A stretch of 15,245 nt of DNA from Candidatus Iainarchaeum sp. (lineage in GTDB: Archaea > Iainarchaeota > Iainarchaeia > Iainarchaeales > Iainarchaeaceae), in NCBI GenBank assembly GCA_038895675.1, contig JAWANB010000001.1, forward strand, positions 96,372-111,616. Direction: 5' to 3'. Below the pieces are notes generated by a model. The model saw nothing but the letters and a program-made list of their open reading frames with translations. It had not been told where the DNA came from and searched no databases. This document shows, piece by piece, positions 8,709 through 15,245 of this stretch; position 1 is the stretch's first letter; each line of letters opens with the position of its first letter. A program made the translations under genes and the position numbers.

Positions 8709-8722
8709 TATTTAAACTTAAT
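8709..8722 (-). promoter_or_regulatory. Putative archaeal TATA box (TTTAAATA) and upstream BRE region for the surface-protein operon
   Basis: The minus strand reads attaagTTTAAATA in the gap between the metK stop and the 8651 start; it matches the archaeal TATA consensus. Confidence 0.55.
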
Positions 8723-8747
8723 GGTTTGCTAAGGCGAAACTTTAGAA

Positions 8748-9911
8748 TCAGAAAAACGCCTTTTTCTTCAAAGTTTCAACCATATCAACCTTTTCCCAAG
8801 TGAATTCAGGCTCGTTTCTACCAAAATGCCCATAACAGGCAGTCTTTTTATATATAGGCCTTTTCAAATCGAGCTTTTTTATTATTTCACTTGGCCTAAA
8901 ATCAAAAGTCTCCTTTACTATTTGCTCAAGCCTTTCATCGCCTACTTTGCCAGTCCCAAAAGTATTCACAAAAATAGAAACAGGCTTTGAAATGCCTATT
9001 GCATAAGCTACTTGTATTTCGCACTTTTCAGCAAGACCAGCAGCAACAATGTTTTTTGCAACATACCTACAAAAGTAAGCAGAACTTCTATCAACTTTGC
9101 TCGGGTCTTTCCCTGAAAAAGAACCACCGCCATGATGACCAACGCCACCATAAGTATCCACTATTATTTTTCTCCCAGTCAAGCCAGAATCACCAACAGG
9201 GCCTCCAATAACAAACCTGCCAGTAGGATTGATAAAATACTTGGTCTTTTCGTCAACCAAATTGCCACAAACTGGCAAAATAACTTTTTCGATAACACTT
9301 TTTACTATTTGACTATGCTCTACCTCAGGTGAATGCTGAGTGCTTACCACCACAGCATCAACCCTTTTTGGTTTCCCATCAACATATTCAACAGTTACTT
9401 GACTTTTTCCATCAGGCCTAAGCCAATTTATTTCATTATTTTTTCTCAACTGAGAAAGACGCTTAGTGATCTTATGAGCCAAAAAAATAGGCAAAGGCAT
9501 TAATTCAGGAGTTTCAGAAGTAGCATAACCAAACATCATTCCTTGATCCCCAGCACCTTGCTCTTTATCAATACCAGTGCCAACATTAACACCTAAAGCA
9601 ATATCTTGAGATTGCTCAGAAAGAGAAATTAGGACAGAGCAAGCATCAGCATCAAAACCATATTCAGGCTTATCATAACCAATTTCTCTAATAGTGTCCC
9701 TGACTATTTTTTGAATATCAACATAGTTTTTAGTAGTTACTTCACCAAAAACCAATATCAAACCAGTTTTAGTTGCTACCTCTACAGCAACCCTCGACTC
9801 AGGATCATTAGCAATCATTTTATCAAGAATAGCGTCAGCTATTTGATCACACATCTTATCAGGGTGACCTTCAGTCACAGACTCTGAACTAAAAAAATAA
9901 TTTCTTACCAT
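8748..9911 (-). CDS. metK: S-adenosylmethionine synthetase (methionine adenosyltransferase), bacterial/eukaryotic type, 387 aa
   Basis: Motifs [67 protein letters not shown] and YGHFGR. Start re-called to the ATG at 9911 (GGCGGT RBS) instead of the TTG at 9944. Confidence 0.97.
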   Translation of the reverse strand: MVRNYFFSSESVTEGHPDKMCDQIADAILDKMIANDPESRVAVEVATKTGLILVFGEVTTKNYVDIQKIVRDTIREIGYDKPEYGFDADACSVLISLSEQSQDIALGVNVGTGIDKEQGAGDQGMMFGYATSETPELMPLPIFLAHKITKRLSQLRKNNEINWLRPDGKSQVTVEYVDGKPKRVDAVVVSTQHSPEVEHSQIVKSVIEKVILPVCGNLVDEKTKYFINPTGRFVIGGPVGDSGLTGRKIIVDTYGGVGHHGGGSFSGKDPSKVDRSSAYFCRYVAKNIVAAGLAEKCEIQVAYAIGISKPVSIFVNTFGTGKVGDERLEQIVKETFDFRPSEIIKKLDLKRPIYKKTACYGHFGRNEPEFTWEKVDMVETLKKKAFF

Positions 9912-9935
9912 TCCAAAACCACCGCCATCATTTAA

Positions 9936-10006
9936 ATTATTCAATTAATAAAAAAACCTATTCATTTTATAATATTTTCTAAAATTAATATTCTTATTTG
10001 AATAAT
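9936..10006. promoter_or_regulatory. Putative bidirectional promoter (palindromic TTATAA at 9967-9972) flanked by two pseudo-palindromic operator-like sites
   Basis: TTATTCAATTAA (9937-9948) and TTATTTGAATAA (9994-10005) match 11/12 in inverted orientation. The region is very AT-rich, which weakens significance. Confidence 0.4.
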
Positions 10007-10032
10007 ACTTTAGCAACAATGAAGTGAAAAAA

Positions 10033-10596
10033 ATGTTGCCGGATATTTCTGAAATAAAAGCAAAAAGAAAAAAAGCAAAATTAACACAAACCGAATTAGC
10101 TAAAAAAACAGGCATAAGTCAAAGCTTGATAGCAAAAATAGAAGCAGGAAAAGTAATGCCAGGCTATGATAAAGCAAAAAAAATTTTTGATTTTTTCCAA
10201 AGTTTACACGAAACAAGCGACCTAAAAGCCTTAGACATAATGACGCCAAAAATCTTGTATGTGAAACCAGAGTCCAAAGTAAAAGAAGCAATACAAATAA
10301 TGGCTAAAAACTCCATTTCACAACTACCAGTAATTGAGAACTCACAAATAGTAGGAACTTTATCAGAAAAAGAAGTACTTGAAAGACTAAAGTCAGAAAA
10401 GGACAAAGAACAACTAAAAGAAACACAAGTAAAAGACATAATGAACGAAAGCTTACCAACAATAAAAGAAGACACACCAATAAAAGCAGTTTCTGCTATT
10501 TTAGAGCACAGCGAAGGAGTAATAGTTATTAAAAACAACAAGCCAATAGGAATAATAACAAAAGCAGACCTATTCAAAATATTAGCAAGCAAATAA
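10033..10596 (+). CDS. Predicted transcriptional regulator, XRE/HTH_3 domain plus CBS pair (COG3620-like), 187 aa
   Basis: HTH IKAKRKKAKLTQTELAKKTGISQSLIAKIEAGKVMP. CBS motifs DIMTPKI...ISQLPVIE...VGTLSEKE and VKDIMNE...PIGIITKADL. ATG at 10033 is preferred (AAGTGA RBS-like element); GTG at 10024 is the alternative. Confidence 0.9.
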   Translation: MLPDISEIKAKRKKAKLTQTELAKKTGISQSLIAKIEAGKVMPGYDKAKKIFDFFQSLHETSDLKALDIMTPKILYVKPESKVKEAIQIMAKNSISQLPVIENSQIVGTLSEKEVLERLKSEKDKEQLKETQVKDIMNESLPTIKEDTPIKAVSAILEHSEGVIVIKNNKPIGIITKADLFKILASK

Positions 10597-10608
10597 AAGG
10601 AGCAAAAA

Positions 10609-11025
10609 ATGTTAGAAGAATTTATAGAAGTTAACAAACTCAAAGCTAAAATATTTCCGTCCGATGAAAGAAACCAAAATTTGCCATTAGTAAAATCAAT
10701 AGTTTTAGTAGACTCTAACGAAGAACCATTATTAGTAATACTATTAAGTGAAGACAAAATAGACTTTGGAAAAATAAAAAAAGTGTTGAAAGTAAAGGAC
10801 GTAAAATTAGCAGACCCAAAACAAGTTTTTGAAATGACAGGCTATAAAGTCGGCGGAGTACCGCCAATATCTATTTATGGCATAAAAACAATAATTGACA
10901 AAAAAGTCGTTAAATTAAAAGAAATAGTATGCGGCGGCGGCACACCAGAAAACTTAATGCAAATAAGCGTAAAAGAAATAATGGAAAATGTAGAAGAAAT
11001 AATAACAGAAGATATTTCAAAGTAA
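10609..11025 (+). CDS. YbaK/EbsC/ProX family aminoacyl-tRNA deacylase (INS-like editing domain), 138 aa
   Basis: AGGAG RBS; motifs VKSIVL (conserved Lys), TGYKVGGVPPI (GxxxP loop), IIDK and CGGG. Confidence 0.88.
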   Translation: MLEEFIEVNKLKAKIFPSDERNQNLPLVKSIVLVDSNEEPLLVILLSEDKIDFGKIKKVLKVKDVKLADPKQVFEMTGYKVGGVPPISIYGIKTIIDKKVVKLKEIVCGGGTPENLMQISVKEIMENVEEIITEDISK

Positions 11026-11029
11026 GGCT

Positions 11030-11045
11030 AAAAAAACAAAAAAAA
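11030..11045 (-). terminator. Putative archaeal oligo-T terminator of the ATP synthase operon
   Basis: The minus strand reads T8-G-T7 starting about 6 nt after the atpD stop, in the convergent gap with the ybaK-like gene. Confidence 0.55.
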
Positions 11046-11051
11046 GTATTA

Positions 11052-11684
11052 TTAAGTTTGCTTCTCGATTTTTCCTTTCAAAGTTTTCAAAGCAATGAAT
11101 TGCTCTCTTTCCATTTCTTCAAGTCTCATCATTATATACTTTGCCTTTGACTTCAAATTAGGTATCATAACATAATCCAAAGCATTGACTCGCCTTTTTG
11201 TTTTTTCTATTTCCTTAATAAGCTTTTTCAAAGCATTTTCGGTTTCAGCCAATTTTATTATTATCTCAAGACTCTTATCAAAAGCTCTTGCAGCCTCGTC
11301 AATTTTAGCAGAACTACCTATTATCGTATAACCCCTTTCCTCTGGCTTCCTAGCTGAAAACTCGCTTTTTATAGCAGGAATTTGAACACCCATGATGTTT
11401 TTGGCTTTAACTTCAATAGTAGGTACTTCACCTACTGACATTGCGATAGCTTCTACTTCAGCAATACCATGATAAGCTTCAGCCACTGCCAAAGCTTCAA
11501 AAGCCTCTTTCATTCTTTCATTAAGAGTTTGCCTCAAATCAGCTGCCTGTTTCATTATTTTGAAAAACTCTAAAACCAAAACGTCTCTTTTTTGCTTTAA
11601 CAACTTATGACCATTTTCAGCCAACCTTATCCTATTACGAGTCTCTATTAGCTCAAGCCTAGTCGTCTTTATTTCTTCAGGCAT
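11052..11684 (-). CDS. atpD: A/V-type ATP synthase subunit D, 210 aa
   Basis: TRLELIE...GHKLLKQKRDVL and IEKTKRRVNALDY..IP motifs. Start re-called to the ATG at 11684, with a GAGGAG RBS (11692-11697) overlapping the atpB stop. Confidence 0.96.
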   Translation of the reverse strand: MPEEIKTTRLELIETRNRIRLAENGHKLLKQKRDVLVLEFFKIMKQAADLRQTLNERMKEAFEALAVAEAYHGIAEVEAIAMSVGEVPTIEVKAKNIMGVQIPAIKSEFSARKPEERGYTIIGSSAKIDEAARAFDKSLEIIIKLAETENALKKLIKEIEKTKRRVNALDYVMIPNLKSKAKYIMMRLEEMEREQFIALKTLKGKIEKQT

Positions 11685-11695
11685 AATAATACTCC

Positions 11696-13225
11696 TCACT
11701 TAGGCCTTCTTTTAGGCTTCTTCTTTGAAACTTTGTTATTTTTTTTGTTAATCTTCTTTGCAACTACTTTGTTTTCAACTTCTTGACTTTCATTAAGCTT
11801 TTGTTTTTGTTCATTTGCTCTTTTGTTTGAATCCTGTTTTGCCCAAACTTTTCTACCATACTTTTCAATGAACTCAAGCTTTACTCTCTTTAACTCTGTC
11901 TCAGGCAACAAGCCAAGCAATTCCCAACCTAAGTCAAGAGTTTCTTCTATAGACCTGTCTTCATCTTTAGCTTGCATTATAAATCTTTTTTCAAACTCGT
12001 CAGCAAACCTCAAATACTTTTTATCAGTCTCTGAAAGAGCTTCTTCACCAACAACAGCACTCAAAGACCTTAAATCTCTACCTTGAGCATATGCAGAATA
12101 AAGCTGATCAGCTATTCCTCTGTGATCTTCTCTTGTCTTATCTTTACCTATACCTAAATTCATTAGCCTTGAAAGACAAGGCAAAACATCTATAGGCGGA
12201 TAAATGCCTTTTCTGTGCAGTTCCCTACCTACAACTATTTGACCCTCAGTAATATAACCAGTCAAATCAGGAATAGGATGAGTTATGTCATCAGAAGGCA
12301 TTGAAAGAATAGGTATTTGAGTTACCGAACCTTTTTTTCCTTTAATAACACCTGCTCTCTCATAAATAGTTGAAAGATCAGTATACATATACCCAGGATA
12401 ACCCCTTCTTCCTGGAACTTCTTTCCTTGCACCAGCAATTTCTCTCAAAGCTTCACAATAGTTAGTCATGTCAGTTATTATTACCAAAACATGCATGTCC
12501 TTTTCAAAAGCCAAGTACTCGGCAGTTGTCAAAGCAACCCTTGGAGTAATGAGCCTTTCGACGCTTGGATCATCAGCCAAATTCAAAAACAAAACACTTT
12601 TCTCTAAAGCACCAGTTCTCTCAAAGTCCTTCATAAAAAAATTAGCTTCTTCATGAGTAATACCAACAGCAGCAAACACAACAGCAAACTTTTCACTTTG
12701 ATTCCTAACCTTAGCTTGCCTTGCTATTTGTACTGCCAACTCATTATGAGGCAAACCAGCGCCAGAAAAAATTGGCAACTTTTGACCTCTAACCAAAGTA
12801 TTCAAACCATCAATAGTACTAATACCAGTTTGAATAAAATCTTTAGGCTGTTCCCTTGCAACAGGATTTATGGCAGAACCAGAAATATAAAGAGTAGCTT
12901 CAGGCACTATAGGCTGACCTTTATCTTTGAGTTCACCTAAACCATTGAAAACCCTTCCAAGCATTTCAATAGAAACATTAAGCTTCATTGTTTCCCCTAA
13001 AAATTTAACTCTCGTCTCTTTAACATCAAGGCCTGTAGTACTACCAAACACCTGCACAACAGCCTTGCCTTTAGAAGTTTCCAAAACTTGACCTTTTCTT
13101 ATCTCACCATTAGGAAGCTTTATCTCAACAATCTCATTATAACCTACATTCTCAACCTTGTCAACAAAAACAAGAGGACCCTCAACGTTAGTGATTGTTT
13201 GATATTCTACAATTGCCTTACTCAT
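11696..13225 (-). CDS. atpB: A/V-type ATP synthase subunit B, 509 aa, with a basic C-terminal extension
   Basis: [56 protein letters not shown] and [13 protein letters not shown] motifs; ATGA overlap with the atpA stop. Confidence 0.98.
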   Translation of the reverse strand: MSKAIVEYQTITNVEGPLVFVDKVENVGYNEIVEIKLPNGEIRKGQVLETSKGKAVVQVFGSTTGLDVKETRVKFLGETMKLNVSIEMLGRVFNGLGELKDKGQPIVPEATLYISGSAINPVAREQPKDFIQTGISTIDGLNTLVRGQKLPIFSGAGLPHNELAVQIARQAKVRNQSEKFAVVFAAVGITHEEANFFMKDFERTGALEKSVLFLNLADDPSVERLITPRVALTTAEYLAFEKDMHVLVIITDMTNYCEALREIAGARKEVPGRRGYPGYMYTDLSTIYERAGVIKGKKGSVTQIPILSMPSDDITHPIPDLTGYITEGQIVVGRELHRKGIYPPIDVLPCLSRLMNLGIGKDKTREDHRGIADQLYSAYAQGRDLRSLSAVVGEEALSETDKKYLRFADEFEKRFIMQAKDEDRSIEETLDLGWELLGLLPETELKRVKLEFIEKYGRKVWAKQDSNKRANEQKQKLNESQEVENKVVAKKINKKNNKVSKKKPKRRPK

Positions 13226-14991
13226 TTTTTTGCCTCCTTTATAGCTTTGTCAAAAGCAGAGTCTATTTCTGAAATTATTTCAGCACACCGCCTTGAAAAC
13301 TCACTCTCATTAATTTCTTTCATCCTTGCAATGGCTTCTTTCACTTTCAAACCACTAATAACCTTTAACTGAACTCCTTTCTCAACAGCCTCTAAAGCCC
13401 TATCATAAAACTTAAGAATAACCCTAAGCATATTATACTGCTTTTCAAGAGAAGCAAAGGCATCAACATCAGAATAAGCAGATTGTTGCAAAAAGTCTTC
13501 CCTAATCATTCTCGTAACATCAAGAACAACTTGCTCCTTCTCAGGCAAAGCATCAGGACCTACCAACTGCACAATTTCTTGCAACTCAGCCTCTTTCTGC
13601 AACAAAGCCATAGCCTTTTTCCTATTTTCAGCCCAATCAGAAGCTACTAAATTAGCATAACTTGCATCCAAAGTTTCAGAATAAAGCGAATAACTCTTCA
13701 ACCAATTAATAGCAGGAAAGTGCCTTCTTTGAGCAAGCTTTGCATCCAAAGCCCAAAAAACTTTTGTTACACGCAAAGTGTTTTGAGAAACAGGCTCGGA
13801 AATATCGCCACCAGGAGGAGAAACAGCACCAATCACAGAAACAGAGCCTTTTCTCTCTTCCTTACTCTTACAAATAACACGCCCAGCCCTTTCATAAAAC
13901 TCAGCAAGTCTCCTTGAAAGATAAGTAGGATAACCCTCTTCACCAGGCATTTCCTCGAGCCTACCAGAAATTTCTCTCATGGCTTCAGCCCATCTTGAAG
14001 TAGAGTCAGCCATTAGAGCAACATCATAACCCATGTCACGATAATACTCAGCAATAGTTATGCCAGTGTAAACAGAAGCCTCACGAGCAGCAACAGGCAT
14101 GTTAGAAGTGTTAGCAATAAGAACAGTCCTTTGCATCAAAGGTTTTTTAGTCTTAGGATCCAAAAGATGAGGAAACTCTTTCAAAACTTCAGTCATCTCA
14201 TTGCCTCTTTCACCACAACCAATGTAAATAATCACTTGAGAATCGCTATACTTAGCCAAAGACTGTTGAGTAACCGTCTTCCCAGAACCAAAAGGACCAG
14301 GGATAGCAGCAACACCACCTTTAGCAATAGGAAAAAATGTATCCAAGATTCTTTGACCAGTAACCAAAGGAGTAACAGGAGGCATTTTCTCAGAATAAGG
14401 CCTAGGTCTCCTAACCTCCCACTTTTGCATCATAGCAATTTCAAAGTTTTTACCAGACTCGGCTTTGACAACACAAACAACGTCAGAAACACTAAAATTA
14501 CCTTTTTTTATCTCAACAACCTTTCCTTTAACGCCATGAGGAACCATGATCTTATGCAAAATCAACTCAGTCTCTTGAACACTACCAATAATATCACCGC
14601 CAGAAACCTCATCTCCTACCTTAACCAAAGGTGAAAAAGCCCACTTCTTCTTCCTGTCAAGAGCCTCTGCAACAACACCACGAGAAATAAAAGCACCACT
14701 AGCCTGCATTATAGACTCTAAAGGCCTTTGAATACCATCATAAACTGACTGCAACAAGCCAGGGCCAAGCTCAACAGACAAAGGCAAACCAGTGTTCTCA
14801 ACAACCTCGCCAGGCCTTAAGCCAGAAGTATCCTCATAAACCTGAATAGTAGCCTTGTCATTCTCAAGCCTAATTATTTCACCAATAAGCTTTTCCTCAC
14901 CAACCTTAACAACATCATACATTTTTGCACCAAACATTTTCTCAGCAACCACAACAGGCCCTGAAATTTTCAACAAAACACCATTCACCAT
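13222..14991 (-). CDS. atpA: A/V-type ATP synthase catalytic subunit A, 589 aa, no intein
   Basis: Walker [32 protein letters not shown], Walker [22 protein letters not shown] and HFPAINW; GAGGTGA RBS. Confidence 0.98.
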   Translation of the reverse strand: MVNGVLLKISGPVVVAEKMFGAKMYDVVKVGEEKLIGEIIRLENDKATIQVYEDTSGLRPGEVVENTGLPLSVELGPGLLQSVYDGIQRPLESIMQASGAFISRGVVAEALDRKKKWAFSPLVKVGDEVSGGDIIGSVQETELILHKIMVPHGVKGKVVEIKKGNFSVSDVVCVVKAESGKNFEIAMMQKWEVRRPRPYSEKMPPVTPLVTGQRILDTFFPIAKGGVAAIPGPFGSGKTVTQQSLAKYSDSQVIIYIGCGERGNEMTEVLKEFPHLLDPKTKKPLMQRTVLIANTSNMPVAAREASVYTGITIAEYYRDMGYDVALMADSTSRWAEAMREISGRLEEMPGEEGYPTYLSRRLAEFYERAGRVICKSKEERKGSVSVIGAVSPPGGDISEPVSQNTLRVTKVFWALDAKLAQRRHFPAINWLKSYSLYSETLDASYANLVASDWAENRKKAMALLQKEAELQEIVQLVGPDALPEKEQVVLDVTRMIREDFLQQSAYSDVDAFASLEKQYNMLRVILKFYDRALEAVEKGVQLKVISGLKVKEAIARMKEINESEFSRRCAEIISEIDSAFDKAIKEAKK

Positions 14992-15000
14992 TTTTTCACC

Positions 15001-15245
15001 TCATCTCATAAGCTCAAAGCCTAAAGCTTTTTTTATCATACTTTTTAATGAATCCTCGCCAACCAAAGGACCACCCTTGTCAGGCACAGAAATAACAACA
15101 GGCTTGGCAGTCCTCTCAATTCTCCTTTTCAAACGCCAATCCAACTCAGACAAAATTTTTTCATTGACAATTATTATAGAAACACTCTCATCAGAAAGAA
15201 GCTCGGTTATCTTAAGCTCAGCCTCAGTACCATGCAAAGGAAAAG
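15001..15245 (-). CDS. atpF: A/V-type ATP synthase subunit F (5'-truncated by the window edge)
   Basis: The frame is open to the right edge (..FPLHGTEAE). Motifs VSIIIVNE, PVVISVPD and MIKKALGFEL; located immediately upstream of atpA as in the archaeal F-A-B-D order. The track's TTG start at 15237 is internal. Confidence 0.9.
   Translation of the reverse strand, partial: FPLHGTEAELKITELLSDESVSIIIVNEKILSELDWRLKRRIERTAKPVVISVPDKGGPLVGEDSLKSMIKKALGFELMR

Noticed and set aside
9912..10032. SAM riboswitch upstream of metK
   Set aside because: The gap is only 121 nt, extremely AT-rich and shared with a divergent promoter; no SAM-I-like conserved stems or core sequence are visible.
8987..11150. 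Alternative ORFs at 8987, 9132, 10100, 10164 and 10929
   Set aside because: They overlap metK, the HTH-CBS gene or the ybaK-like gene in other frames or strands and have no motifs.
11823..14634. Plus-strand ORFs inside atpB/atpA
   Set aside because: Antisense shadows of highly conserved genes.
13222..14991. Intein in ATP synthase subunit A (a common insertion site in archaea)
   Set aside because: Length of 589 aa is normal, and both the GPFGSGKTV and GCGERGNE regions are uninterrupted.
1..15245. CRISPR array, tRNA/rRNA, IS element, diversity-generating retroelement
   Set aside because: No DNA-level periodic repeats, structured RNA-sized gaps, transposase, integrase or reverse transcriptase were seen; the window is almost fully protein-coding.

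Overview
AT-rich archaeal chromosomal segment. The atpF-A-B-D order, GGTG/GAGG ribosome-binding sites, TATA-type promoters and oligo-T terminator are archaeal; a DPANN lineage such as Diapherotrites/Iainarchaeota is my inference only. The right half is housekeeping: the 3' end of the A1Ao ATP synthase operon (F partial, A, B, D), a YbaK-family deacylase, and an XRE-HTH/CBS regulator divergent from a bacterial/eukaryotic-type SAM synthetase (metK). The left 8.7 kb is a tightly coupled minus-strand operon of four secreted, Cys-paired Ig/cadherin-like repeat proteins. The fourth (>865 aa, start 2597, running off the left edge) is missing from the ORF track and carries a vWA domain with an intact MIDAS inserted inside an Ig fold. 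Best candidate novel systems: (1) a cell-surface adhesion apparatus whose three complete members share a C-terminal [FI][ST]GL[FG]xL + TM helix + basic tail, resembling an uncharacterised sorting signal; (2) a possible adenosyl/SAM-sensing HTH-CBS regulator controlling metK from a bidirectional promoter with two symmetric pseudo-palindromic sites. No RNA genes, CRISPR arrays or mobile elements were seen.
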